Shown one piece after another: positions 1 to 9,443 of a DNA stretch of 64,000 nt. The stretch is from Gemmatimonadaceae bacterium (GTDB taxonomy: Bacteria; Gemmatimonadota; Gemmatimonadetes; Gemmatimonadales; Gemmatimonadaceae). Position 1 is the first letter of the stretch; every line of letters begins with the position of its first letter. The stretch is from NCBI GenBank assembly GCA_040901985.1, contig JBBDYC010000008.1, forward strand, positions 48,490-112,489. The letters run 5' to 3'. The notes below the pieces were generated by a model. That model searched no databases and was not told the origin of the DNA. It saw only the letters and a program-made list of their open reading frames with translations. A program made the translations under genes and the position numbers.

Positions 1-50
1 CGCGCTGGCTACGCGTCGGCCAGGGACCTCGGCGGGCTTCTCGGGTTATT

Positions 51-470
51 TTGGAGGCACTTCATCCACTTGGGAGGTTCAGGATGCTCCGACGGACCCT
101 TGGTCGCTCGTTCGCTTTCGCGGCGGTCCTCGCCGCCGCGCTCGTCACGCCACGCGCCGCCGCTTCACAAGCACTCGCCGCTCCCGCCGCGCCAGAAGTG
201 GCCGCGCCGGAAGTGGCCGCGCCAGCACCTGGCATCGGCCCCGTTCGCGCCCCGGCCGGCGTGACGCGCTCGGACGATGTCAGCGCGACGGCCACCGCCG
301 ACGCGCTCAGCTTTCAGAATCGCGGCCCGGGCAACCGCAACGTCCAGTGGATGATCATCGGGGGAGGGCTGCTCCTCGGCGGAGTGATCGTTGGGGATGA
401 TGTCGGGACGATTCTTGCCGTAGGCGGGTTGGTGATCGGCGGAATCGGACTCTGGCGGTACCTGCAGTAA
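51..470 (+). CDS. Hypothetical exported/membrane protein
   Basis: Signal-like hydrophobic N-terminus, AAPEV tandem repeat, Gly-rich C-terminal hydrophobic hairpin; start uncertain. Confidence 0.55.
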   Translation: MEALHPLGRFRMLRRTLGRSFAFAAVLAAALVTPRAAASQALAAPAAPEVAAPEVAAPAPGIGPVRAPAGVTRSDDVSATATADALSFQNRGPGNRNVQWMIIGGGLLLGGVIVGDDVGTILAVGGLVIGGIGLWRYLQ

Positions 471-503
471 GCAGGCGCGGCCTGGGGCACGGCGACCGGC
501 CCC

Positions 504-532
504 TTGCGAAACTATATAGGAACTATTATAGT
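504..532 (+). promoter_or_regulatory. Sigma70-type promoter with palindromic operator upstream of NTase gene
   Basis: TTGCGA-17 nt-TATAGT; palindrome ACTATTATAGT overlaps the -10; AT-rich patch. Confidence 0.55.
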
Positions 533-571
533 CTGTATAACAATACATCAAAGATATAAACACGGTACATA

Positions 572-1168
572 ATGGACTTCATAGGCCGATTGGAGATCAC
601 TCGTGCACTCACAATGGTCGGCGAGCTCCTCGCCGCCGAGGGGGAGGAGTTCTCGATCGTGATTCTCGGGGGCGCTGCGCTTAACCTGCTCGGGCTCGTA
701 TCGCGAACGACGGACGACGTGGACATCGTCGCCTTTGCCGGAGGAGGGGCGGACCGCGCCCGTCTATCTGAACCGCCGACGCCGATGCCTGAGCCGCTCG
801 TTCGGGCAGCGCGGACGGTGGCTCGGGATCTCGGCTTGGGGGAGGATTGGTTGAACACAGGCCCCGCGCTGCAGTGGCGCACCGGTCTCCCGCCCGGCCT
901 GGGGACGCGGGTGCAGTGGCAGCAACACGCCGCGCTTTGGGTAGGCATCGTTGCCCGGTACGATCTCCTGTTCTTCAAACTCTTTGCGGCGGCCGATTCG
1001 GCTGGTCCAGCGAGTGTGCACTATAAGGACCTCCTCGCCATGGCGCCCACGGCGTCGGAACTCGCCGCCGCAGGCACCTGGGTCAGGACCCAAGATGCGT
1101 CCGCGCAGTTCGGCACTACCCTCGATCACGTGCTGGCAAGTGTCCGCTCCGACCTTGGCATCACCTAA
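572..1168 (+). CDS. Nucleotidyltransferase (DUF6036/AbiEii-like), putative toxin
   Basis: ILGGAAL...RTTDDVD Pol-beta-superfamily motif; later K-x6-HxxDL-like motif. Confidence 0.75.
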   Translation: MDFIGRLEITRALTMVGELLAAEGEEFSIVILGGAALNLLGLVSRTTDDVDIVAFAGGGADRARLSEPPTPMPEPLVRAARTVARDLGLGEDWLNTGPALQWRTGLPPGLGTRVQWQQHAALWVGIVARYDLLFFKLFAAADSAGPASVHYKDLLAMAPTASELAAAGTWVRTQDASAQFGTTLDHVLASVRSDLGIT

Positions 1169-2174
1169 CGCTGCGGCCGAACTGGCCGCGCTCGCCGACG
1201 AGTTGCGCAACGCCGCTCTCGATTTGGTGTGGCGCCAGTGGCGCGCACTCGGTGCGGGGGCTGCGGCGACGGCGGCGGCCCCGTCGGCGGCGCGCGGTGC
1301 GGCGGGACGCGACGCGGGCACCATAGTGGATCCCGAGGCGCTCGTCCTCGTGTCGCTCCAGTTGATGGATCGCGAGCGGCGTCTGGCGGATTTGCTCAGC
1401 GAATGGGCGGCACATCGCGCCGCGCTCCTCAGCGTCCAACGCGTGAAGAATCTTATGCTGGGCCATCCCGAGGAGCTGCTCGATGCGCTGGCGGGCAGAG
1501 TCGGGTGGTTCGCCAGCGTCGCGTACACACGGGGCAAGGATCTCCGCTGGCGCTCGCTCCTCGGCGCCGGGACGGCGGACGCACCGCCACTGCGCGCGCC
1601 GAAGGCGCGCAGCGCGCAGGAGCACTTCACGAGGGCGGCGTCGCTCGTGCTCAGGCTGCGACTTGCGTTCGGCGTCGGCGTGAAGGCAGACGTGCTCGCC
1701 GTCCTGCTCGGGCGTGCGGATGACTGGGCGACGGTCCGCGAGCTCACTGAGGCGACGGCGTACACGCCGGCCGCCGTTCGCCGCGGCGCCGACGATCTCG
1801 CGGCCTCAGGGCTGATCCAATGGCGGGAGAAGCAGCCAGCGGAGTATCGCGTAGTCTACGCGCGTTGGTCGCCGCTGCTCGCGCTCGGCGATCGCCCCCC
1901 GGTCTGGGTGGCGTGGCACCAACAGTTCCGTTTCGTCACGGCGTTCAGCCGGTGGGCGGACGTGACGCGCACGCGCGAGCTCAGTGAGTATGCGTTCGGT
2001 GCACACGGGCGCGACCTGGTGGAGCGGCATCCCGGGGCGTTCGACTGGCCCTCGACGATCGAACCGTCGCTTGCGGCCGCGCCTGAGTCCGGCGCGGATG
2101 CCGTGCGCCGCGCGGTGCGTGCGCTGGTCAGGGGGATGGGTGGCGAGGGCGCCGGCCAGCCCCGCCTCACTTAG
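1155..2174 (+). CDS. Partner protein with internal winged HTH (putative type IV antitoxin/regulator)
   Basis: TTG at 1155 overlaps the NTase stop; WRQW...IVDPEAL N-terminus; HTH-like TVRELTEATAYTPAAVRRGADDLAASGLI. Confidence 0.6.
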   Translation: MASPNAAAELAALADELRNAALDLVWRQWRALGAGAAATAAAPSAARGAAGRDAGTIVDPEALVLVSLQLMDRERRLADLLSEWAAHRAALLSVQRVKNLMLGHPEELLDALAGRVGWFASVAYTRGKDLRWRSLLGAGTADAPPLRAPKARSAQEHFTRAASLVLRLRLAFGVGVKADVLAVLLGRADDWATVRELTEATAYTPAAVRRGADDLAASGLIQWREKQPAEYRVVYARWSPLLALGDRPPVWVAWHQQFRFVTAFSRWADVTRTRELSEYAFGAHGRDLVERHPGAFDWPSTIEPSLAAAPESGADAVRRAVRALVRGMGGEGAGQPRLT

Positions 2175-2316
2175 CCGTCGGCCGCGACTTCTTCAGGGTG
2201 CGGGCCGCGTCACGCAGGCGCTCGACCACTTGGAGCTTTTCCGAAATCGGCCGCTTGGCATTGATCGCGCGCTGTACGCGTTTCGCGTGTAGCGTCCGTT
2301 CCAATGACTTCTTCAT
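2167..2316 (-). CDS. 49-aa basic microprotein coupled to NTase gene
   Basis: ATGA overlap with upstream stop; MKKSLERTLHAKRVQRAINAKRPISEKLQVVERLRDAARTLKKSRPTAK; below ORF-track cutoff. Confidence 0.55.
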   Translation of the reverse strand: MKKSLERTLHAKRVQRAINAKRPISEKLQVVERLRDAARTLKKSRPTAK

Positions 2317-2837
2317 TCGGTCTCCTCGAGCATCGCCAAGAATCGTGTCCAGTTCCGCTCAAGCTTGAACTTCGCAACAACTGACTCGAAGCGCGAGCGG
2401 TCAAAGCCATCCGAGGCGAGAAAGATCTCCAGCCGAAGGCGGTCCTTTGGGCGGAACGTCTCCAAGGCGATGGCGGCAAGGTGTTCCGCGGAGAATACGG
2501 GAACTGGCAGGCCGTCAACATTCTTTGGAACCGCCGTCGCCAAGGTCTCCTCAACCAGGAGTGTCGGTGCCACGAACAGCTGCACCTCCTATCCGTGAAT
2601 CACGAGGTGCTCTCCCTCGATCGTCGCGCCGCGACGTTTGAAAAATTCGAGAACGGGTGCCAGCGAGATGAGCGCCGAGTTGGGGGCCGGTGCAGCGGCG
2701 ATGAATACGTCAACATCTTCAGTCGCGCTCGGCTCGATGTAGAAGGTGGCGCCAATGGCACCGCCGATCGCGTAGCGGCGCACGATGCCTGCCTGTTGGG
2801 CGGCGGCGAACTCGCGGAAGACGTCAATGATGGCCAT
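2313..2837 (-). pseudogene. Nucleotidyltransferase with in-frame amber stop
   Basis: YAIGGAIG...TEDVDVF motif; the two ORF halves share a frame, separated by one TAG at 2589-2591 (IHG*EVQLF); RPKD C-terminal motif. Confidence 0.7.
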
Positions 2838-2856
2838 TTCAGGTAACGTACACCGA

Positions 2857-3531
2857 ATGATTGCACAGCGTCTGTCTGACCCTGCGCTTGACCGGCTCTT
2901 CCGTGCCCTCGCCGACTCCACCCGGCGCGACATCGTCGCGCGGTTGCTCAGCGGCCAGTCGGCGTCCGTCTCGGCACTCGCCTCGCGGTACAAGATGTCA
3001 TTCGCCGCCGTGCAGAAGCACGTCGCCGCGCTGGAGGAGGCTGCTGAGTGGCCCGCGACGTTCACGCGGCACGATGTGGCTGTCGGTGGCGAGTCGCACT
3101 ACGTAATGAAGGGGCCCGACGGCGCTCAATCGCGCGGCTGGTTCACGTTCTTCGCCGGCGAACCGCTCAAGCGATTGGAGATGCAAGATGGTTTTGCCGA
3201 CGACACCGGCAAGCCGAATCCCAAGCTGCCCACCATACGGATGGTCTTTGAGTTTGAGGCGACGACGAAAGGCTCACGCTTCAAGTCCACGACGTTCTTC
3301 CCGGACATCGAGGCAATGGAGACCGTGCTGAAGATGGGGATGGAGGAGGGGCTCAAGTCGGCGATGGGGCAGATTGACGCTGTGCTCGCCGACCTCGCGA
3401 GCTTCGCCGCCGGCCGCGCTAGGCCAAGGCGCCAACAGCGGAAAGTCGCGAACGCAGGTTTTGGGCAGGCCGGTAGACGAGGAGCCGCCCACTCTTTCCC
3501 TGCGAAAGAAGTTTCATCTGCGCGAGCTTGA
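2857..3531 (+). pseudogene. Deletion fusion of ArsR-family regulator N-terminus and SRPBCC/AHSA1 domain fragment
   Basis: LFRALADSTRRDIV...AVQKHVAALEEA runs straight into EWPATFTRHD...MGMEEG; both parts incomplete. Confidence 0.6.
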
Positions 3532-4783
3532 GAAGATCCGTTCGTGCGGTTTCATAGGTGACGCCGTGAGAAATGCGGTGAGACTCCACGGTATACCTCG
3601 CATTCGACGTGTGCAGGGCGTGCCGGATCAGTGCAAGCTGTCGCACGTTCAACTCCTGGCGCACACTGCGTGCGGCAAGTACCAAGAGCTCCGTCTCGCG
3701 CATCTTCCGTGACCGGTCTGCGAGGAATGCGTGCAGGTCGTCGATCGCGCGGCAGAGGACCCGCAACTGATAGAGCACGAAGTACGTGGCGTCGTTTTCG
3801 TCACTTTCTGTATATAGAAAGGAGCGCAAGTATTGACCGCGCGCCTTCTTCAGGATGCGGGAGATCGAGACAAACTCGCAGAGCCAATATCCATATCGCG
3901 CCATCGCCCAATAGAAGAGCGCTCGTGCCGTCCGGCCGTTGCCGTCGACGAACGGATGGTCGTACGCCAACCAGAAATGCAGGACGATCGCGCGGACAGC
4001 CGGCGGCAGGAACTCAGCGTCGTCAACCGCATTGGCAAAGGCGCAGAGACGCTCAAGGCGTTCCGGAAGTTCGGCAGCGTCGGGCGGCGTATGCAGGATG
4101 CGACCAGTGTCGTCCTCCACCACGATCTCGTCGTCGGCGCGACGGAGTCGCCCCACTGCATCGGGCTCGTCGAGCGTTCCATCAGTGAGGCGAGCCTGGA
4201 GCTCGAGGATCAATGCAGGTGTGAGGGGTTCGTCTTTTTTCTCAAGCAGGAAGCGCATCGCGAGGTAGTTGTTGAGAATCATCTTCTCGCTACGATCGCG
4301 TGGATCGCGTCCCTCTTGGATCATCGCCTTCGCCACACGGCGCGTCGTCGAAGCCCCTTCGAGCTGGCTTGATGTGATCGCCTCCTCAACCAGCGACTTG
4401 AAGAGGTAGGTGTCGCGCGTGCTCGGATCCGTTACCTGCTCGGGGCCTTGGATGGAGCCGGAGGCGAATCGATCGATCCGATGGAGGTAGCTCAGCGCCG
4501 GATTTGGGAGTGCGATCTGAAACGGTGTCCCGCCCGTGTCGTTCAACGGCAGCGGGCGATAGAGCGCGCGGCGCGCGATCTTGACCATCATCCACTGCGC
4601 TTCTGCGGAATACTCCGCGAGTGGCGCGGCGTGGCGGAACGTGTCCCAGTGGCGGTATTTACCGGCCGGTGCTGGGCCCAGCGAGTGCGCGGCCAGGGCA
4701 GCAAGACGGGCCGCCCCGCTCTCCGATGCGAATTCGCGGATGAAGAGCGTACTGAGCGGCGGAGGCGAGACGGGTAGTTTCAC
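3419..4783 (-). CDS. Fic family protein with C-terminal wHTH
   Basis: Canonical HPFVDGNGRTAR; SSQLEG; probable GTG start (VKLPVSPP) at 4783. Confidence 0.9.
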   Translation of the reverse strand: MKLPVSPPPLSTLFIREFASESGAARLAALAAHSLGPAPAGKYRHWDTFRHAAPLAEYSAEAQWMMVKIARRALYRPLPLNDTGGTPFQIALPNPALSYLHRIDRFASGSIQGPEQVTDPSTRDTYLFKSLVEEAITSSQLEGASTTRRVAKAMIQEGRDPRDRSEKMILNNYLAMRFLLEKKDEPLTPALILELQARLTDGTLDEPDAVGRLRRADDEIVVEDDTGRILHTPPDAAELPERLERLCAFANAVDDAEFLPPAVRAIVLHFWLAYDHPFVDGNGRTARALFYWAMARYGYWLCEFVSISRILKKARGQYLRSFLYTESDENDATYFVLYQLRVLCRAIDDLHAFLADRSRKMRETELLVLAARSVRQELNVRQLALIRHALHTSNARYTVESHRISHGVTYETARTDLLKLAQMKLLSQGKSGRLLVYRPAQNLRSRLSAVGALA

Positions 4784-4944
4784 AAATACTAATGGAGGTA
4801 GTATTAGTATTAAGGTGCGCGTTCCTGCTGTCAAGTACTAATTCTGTTTCTATTGGTATTTCATTGGTAATTAACATAAGACATTATGAAGCAACAACTT
4901 CAGCGCAAAACAAGCGCTGCAGATGCCAGAAGGCTTGCGGTACT

Positions 4945-4976
4945 CATTGTATTGAGTAAATTAACTCAATACAATG
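4945..4976. promoter_or_regulatory. Perfect 13-6-13 inverted repeat overlapping ATPase start codon
   Basis: CATTGTATTGAGT-AAATTA-ACTCAATACAATG. Confidence 0.7.
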
Positions 4977-6188
4977 GGTACGCAAATGATACCGCAATTC
5001 CGACGCCCTCAGGCGGCCGTCCTCTCCGGTAGGCTGGCCGAACCTCGCCGGTTCATCCAGGCCGTCACCGGTCCGCGACAGGTTGGGAAGACGACGCTCG
5101 TCCAGCAAGTGGTGGAGTCGCGGGCAGTGCCATACCACTTCGTGAGCGCGGACGAGCCCACGCTCCGCGATGCGGCGTGGCTCGCCACGCAGTGGGAGCG
5201 CGCGCGGGTATTGGCGTCGTCGTCGGGTGAGATCGGTGCCGTCCTCGTGCTCGACGAGGTGCAGAAGCTCGGGCAGTGGTCCGAGAGCGTGAAGCGGTTG
5301 TGGGATGAGGACACGCGCCGGCGTGTTCCATTGCGCGTGGTCGTCCTCGGTTCCGCGCCGCTCCTCGTGCAGCGGGGGCTCTCCGAGAGCCTCGCGGGAC
5401 GGTTCGAGCGCCTGCACCTCCCGCACTGGTCGTTCAGCGAAATGCGCGAGGCGTTCGGATTCACGCTCGACGAGTACCTCTACTTTGGCGGGTATCCAGG
5501 CGGCGCCGAGTTACGGCACGATCCCGCGCGCTGGCGTAAGTACATTCTCGACTCGCTGATTGAGACGTCAATCTCGCGTGACGTGCTCTTGCTGACGCGC
5601 GTGGACAAGCCGGCGCTGCTGCGCCGGTTGTTCGACCTGGGGTGCTCGTACTCCGGGCAGATACTCGCGTACACCAAGATGCTCGGGCAACTGCACGACG
5701 CGGGCAACACCACCACGCTTGCGCACTACCTGGACTTGCTGAGTGGCGCCGGAATGCTGACGGGGCTGCAGAAGCATTCTGGTCGCGCGGTACGGCAGCG
5801 GGGGTCGAGTCCCAAGCTACAGGTGTTCAACACGGCGTTGATGACGGCAATCTCGGGCCGCGACGCCGCGGAATGGCGCGCCGACCCCGAGTCGTACGGG
5901 CGTCTGGTGGAGTCGGCGGTCGGCGCGCATCTCGTGAACGCCGCGTCGGCGGGCGAGTGCGAGGTGCGGTATTGGCGCGAGCAGGACCGCGAGGTGGATT
6001 TTGTGGTGAGTGGGCGGGGGAAGCTGGTCGGAATCGAGGTGAAGAGTGGTCGGAAGCGAGAGAGCGTCAGTGGGCTGCGTGCGTTTGGGGAGGCGTTCGG
6101 GACCAGGCGGTTGTTGAGTGTGGGCGGGGAGGGGATGCCGGTGGAGGCGCTTCTGGAGCGATCGGTGGAGGGGTGGGTGTTGGCGTGA
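4974..6188 (+). CDS. AAA+ ATPase (AAA_14 + DUF4143) with C-terminal PD-(D/E)XK-like domain
   Basis: Walker A GPRQVGKT, Walker B LVLDEVQ, ESLAGR, GGYP, EVDFV...IEVKSG. Confidence 0.9.
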   Translation: MGTQMIPQFRRPQAAVLSGRLAEPRRFIQAVTGPRQVGKTTLVQQVVESRAVPYHFVSADEPTLRDAAWLATQWERARVLASSSGEIGAVLVLDEVQKLGQWSESVKRLWDEDTRRRVPLRVVVLGSAPLLVQRGLSESLAGRFERLHLPHWSFSEMREAFGFTLDEYLYFGGYPGGAELRHDPARWRKYILDSLIETSISRDVLLLTRVDKPALLRRLFDLGCSYSGQILAYTKMLGQLHDAGNTTTLAHYLDLLSGAGMLTGLQKHSGRAVRQRGSSPKLQVFNTALMTAISGRDAAEWRADPESYGRLVESAVGAHLVNAASAGECEVRYWREQDREVDFVVSGRGKLVGIEVKSGRKRESVSGLRAFGEAFGTRRLLSVGGEGMPVEALLERSVEGWVLA

Positions 6189-6237
6189 GGCGGGACTCCA
6201 CGCGTAGTGGGCCGCTTGCGGGTGCAAGGATTCGATG

Positions 6238-6266
6238 TTGACAGTTTGACGCTCGCCGCCTATCAT
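6238..6266 (+). promoter_or_regulatory. Near-consensus sigma70 promoter
   Basis: TTGACA-17 nt-TATCAT. Confidence 0.75.
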
Positions 6267-6271
6267 CCCTG

Positions 6272-6337
6272 TGGTACATCCCCCCTGTCGCTACGGCGCA
6301 GGGCGCGAGGCCGCCGAAAGGCGGCCTTTGCTTTTCT
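6272..6337 (+). ncRNA. Candidate small structured RNA/attenuator upstream of NYN RNase
   Basis: Hairpin with cUACGg tetraloop (6283-6303), then GAAA-capped GC stem (6305-6331) and U-tract. Confidence 0.5.
6305..6337 (+). terminator. Intrinsic terminator-like hairpin before NYN gene
   Basis: GAGGCCGCC-GAAA-GGCGGCCTT followed by TGCTTTTCT. Confidence 0.65.
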
Positions 6338-6349
6338 GCCAAGTTTTCT

Positions 6350-6900
6350 ATGGCGCGTACTTACATCTATGTCGACGGGTTCAACCTGTACTACGGCGCG
6401 CTTCGAAAGACGGCGCACCGTTGGCTGAACCTCGAGCAGCTGTGCCGATTGATGCTGCCGACAAATGACGTTCAGCGAATCAACTATTACACCGCTAAGA
6501 TCGGCGCTCGAATTGGCGATCCCGGTCAGCCGATCCGACAGCAGATCTACTTCCGGGCCTTGGCAACACTTCCAAGCGTTCGCGTCCACCTCGGCCACTA
6601 TCTGAGCCACGCGGTATGGATGCCACTGGAGAATCCACCGACAGGGGCGTCGAGGTTTGCCCGCGTCATCAAGACGGAAGAAAAGGGATCAGACGTGAAC
6701 CTCGCCACGCACTTGGTGAGTGACGCCTATGAGGATGCGTTTGATGTTGCCGTGCTCATCCCCACAAGCATCCCGCCGCCGCCTTGAGCAAGGTCGCGAC
6801 GTTCATCAAGACCCTCAGGTCGGGTGTCTTGCGTGCGAGTCAGTTTCCCGATGTTCTCACCGATTCACGAGGGTCCTTCTCGAAGCCAGCTGCGTGGTAG
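6350..6900 (+). pseudogene. NYN (LabA/DUF88 PIN-like) RNase with internal deletion/frameshift
   Basis: YVDGFNLYYG and EEKGSDVNLA present; SNDSD segment missing; C-terminus (PHKHPAAAL...SQFPDVLTDSRGSFSKPAAW*) continues in another frame to TAG 6900. Confidence 0.75.
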
Positions 6901-7992
6901 CGAGAGAGGTGCGGGCGCCGCCACCGAAGGCGGCGCCGTCAGAATCTCCATCAGGCGAACATTGATGTAGTACGTGGCTCGGCCAACCTTCCGCTTCTCG
7001 AGAATGCCGGCAGCGGTGAGCGTTTCGAGATACTTGGCCGCCGTGACGTGCGACTTCTCCAAGTCCTCCATCACAAACCGCACCTTCGTGTACGGGTGCG
7101 TGAAGAGATTGTTGATGAGGTCCTGCGAGTAGATCTTCGGAAACTCGTTGCGCACGCGGTGCTTCACCTCGAGCTGCGCCGCGAGGATGCTGGCGATCTT
7201 TGCGATTCCCTCACGCGCGCTCTCGGCCACCGCGTCGAGTACATAGAGGATCCAATCCTCCCACACCCCGCGATCTCGCACGGCCTGCAAGAGCTCGTAG
7301 TACCGCGGCTTGCTGCGCACGATCGGGCCGCTCAAGTAGAGCACCGGCAGGTCGAGCAGGCCTTCCTTGAGCAGATACAGCACGTTCAGGATGCGGCCCG
7401 TACGGCCGTTGCCATCGTAGAACGGATGGATGCTCTCGAAGTGGTGATGGATGACGGCCATTCGCACCAGTGGGTCCGGTCCATCGCCCGTCGCGGCATT
7501 CAGCTCTGCTTCCAAGGTTCCCATCAGCGCAACGATTTCGCGCGCGTCCTGTGGCGGCGTGTAGACCACGCGGCCGGCATTGTCCTTGAGCGTCGTGCCA
7601 GGCGTCGTGCGGAAGCCGGGCTTGTTGGGTTCCAGCGTGGACTGGATCTTCAGGATGTGGTTGTTCGTAATCAGTCCGTGCTTTCCCACCAGCTCCCAAC
7701 CCACCTGAACGGCCTCGCGATATCGGAGCACCTCCTTTGCTGCTGGATTCTCCGACCCGTCGGCCCCCGATAGGCGCCGAAAGAGCTCATCGTGCGTGGT
7801 GACGATGTTCTCGATGGCCGAGGAATCCTTGGCTTCTTGGAGTGCCAGCGTGTTGATCAGAATGCGCTTCTTCTGGTCGGAGACGGCCGCAACCACTCCC
7901 TTGAACTCCGCCAGGTACCGCGACGCCTCAGTGACCCGCCGGATTATCCGGGGGGTCTCAAGGGCTTCTCGGGGTACAGAGGCGATATTCAC
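6865..7992 (-). CDS. Fic family protein (Fic_N + Fic + HTH)
   Basis: EAKDSSAIEN inhibitory-type motif; HPFYDGNGRTGR. Confidence 0.9.
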   Translation of the reverse strand: MNIASVPREALETPRIIRRVTEASRYLAEFKGVVAAVSDQKKRILINTLALQEAKDSSAIENIVTTHDELFRRLSGADGSENPAAKEVLRYREAVQVGWELVGKHGLITNNHILKIQSTLEPNKPGFRTTPGTTLKDNAGRVVYTPPQDAREIVALMGTLEAELNAATGDGPDPLVRMAVIHHHFESIHPFYDGNGRTGRILNVLYLLKEGLLDLPVLYLSGPIVRSKPRYYELLQAVRDRGVWEDWILYVLDAVAESAREGIAKIASILAAQLEVKHRVRNEFPKIYSQDLINNLFTHPYTKVRFVMEDLEKSHVTAAKYLETLTAAGILEKRKVGRATYYINVRLMEILTAPPSVAAPAPLSLPRSWLREGPS

Positions 7993-8018
7993 GAAAGATT
8001 TTTGTGTTTTCTATAGTT

Positions 8019-8077
8019 AATGTAATAATACATAAAGAAAAGCGCAATATCTATTCGTATTTTCCGAATACATAAAG
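8019..8077 (-). promoter_or_regulatory. Promoter/operator of Fic gene
   Basis: TTGCGC-17-TACATT on minus strand; direct repeat AATACATAAAG at 8027 and 8067. Confidence 0.5.
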
Positions 8078-8087
8078 CGCCCGGCGC

Positions 8088-9443
8088 TCAGGTAAACCGC
8101 CTAAACGTCCCCTCAATCTCAGCAATCTGAGCCTTCGCCAGCCCCGCCTCCGTGGCCGCGGCCGGCCACAGCGCGAGCGAGGCATCCACCGCCTCGATGA
8201 TCAGCGCTCCGTTCTTCCTGACGTCAAACTCCCGACCTACTGCGAGCAGATCCTCGCGCGTAAACTCGTCGTCCTTCCCCCTCACCGTCATCTGGTGCGT
8301 ACGCGCCCAGCGCCCGCCCACCGCGTACGTCAGGTCGAACGCCGGCGCGAGTTGCCACGTTCCGTTCGGCTGCATCAGGAAGGCGAAGTTCTTCACGTGG
8401 TCGTCCTGATTGCGCGCGGCGAGGTTGAAGACCATTCGCCGAAACGCTTCATCCACCGCGAGCTGCCCCATCCCGAGCAGGCGCACGGTGCGAAAGTACG
8501 ACTCATACGAGTACATACCGCGGATGTTGTAGTCGAGGTGGTGCAGGCCGCCGAGGCTGTGCATATGCAGGCGAGTGGTCGCGCCGCCATTCTTTTCCTT
8601 TTTGCCGGACGGAACGCGATCGAACCGGCGCGTCATAAAGTGGGCGAACTTCCGCTCGCGTAGCAGATGCGTCGCGGCCATCTCGATCCCCGCGGCGCGG
8701 GCCATCACCGAGTAGGCGTACTCGATGCGGCACCAGGGGCCCGCTTTGAACTCCGCCTGCAACGCGTGTCCGCCGCCGCCGCCCGAGACGCCGTCGAACT
8801 TGATCATCCACGACTCGTCGCCCGGCTCGCTCGGTGCGAACGCCGACTTCACGCGATTGCCGGCGCGGTACCACAGGATGAGCGCCTTTGCGCGCGCCCC
8901 GCCGGGCGATGCGCCCGCCTGCATCATCGCCGGAATGGCCGGAATGTCGGAAGACACGTCGGGGTCGCCGGCGATGACCCGACGCGCTTCCTCTACAAGG
9001 CGCGCGACCTCAAGGGCCTCGCCCACCGCGGCTGCATCTTTACCTTTACCGAAAGACTCCATTGCCGGAGCGAACTCGAGCGCACCCATCGCGCGACTTC
9101 CGATATAGAGGAGCTTCTGTACGGGAGAAAACGCTGCGGCCGGCGTGCCGTGCTGCTCGAAGTAGCGCCGGATGATCGCGTTGCCGAAGGCATCGGGCAG
9201 GGCATCCGCGAGCACGCCGGGCAGGCCGGCAAATGACTCGATGCGCGAGAGCTCGGGGAACGTGACGGGCCCCTTGAGCGAGAGGGGAAGGTGGACTGGG
9301 GAGATCTCGAGGCCGGAGCGCGCAAACGCGGCGTCATACTCGAAGATGATCCGACCGTCGGATTGCTCGGCGACGGCGCCGACCTGTTGGCCCCAGAGAT
9401 TGATGCGGGCGACGATGTCTTTGCCTTTTTCTCTCTCAGGCAT
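8088..9443 (-). CDS. hipA: HipA-family Ser/Thr kinase toxin
   Basis: N-terminal couple domain (LADALPDAFG), GGARAK, RFDR, NQDDHVKNF, LAPAFD. Confidence 0.9.
   Translation of the reverse strand: MPEREKGKDIVARINLWGQQVGAVAEQSDGRIIFEYDAAFARSGLEISPVHLPLSLKGPVTFPELSRIESFAGLPGVLADALPDAFGNAIIRRYFEQHGTPAAAFSPVQKLLYIGSRAMGALEFAPAMESFGKGKDAAAVGEALEVARLVEEARRVIAGDPDVSSDIPAIPAMMQAGASPGGARAKALILWYRAGNRVKSAFAPSEPGDESWMIKFDGVSGGGGGHALQAEFKAGPWCRIEYAYSVMARAAGIEMAATHLLRERKFAHFMTRRFDRVPSGKKEKNGGATTRLHMHSLGGLHHLDYNIRGMYSYESYFRTVRLLGMGQLAVDEAFRRMVFNLAARNQDDHVKNFAFLMQPNGTWQLAPAFDLTYAVGGRWARTHQMTVRGKDDEFTREDLLAVGREFDVRKNGALIIEAVDASLALWPAAATEAGLAKAQIAEIEGTFRRFT

Noticed and set aside
2589..2591. Programmed amber read-through (pyrrolysine or recoding)
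   Set aside because: Other genes use TAG as a normal stop; no pyl machinery seen; a nonsense mutation is simpler
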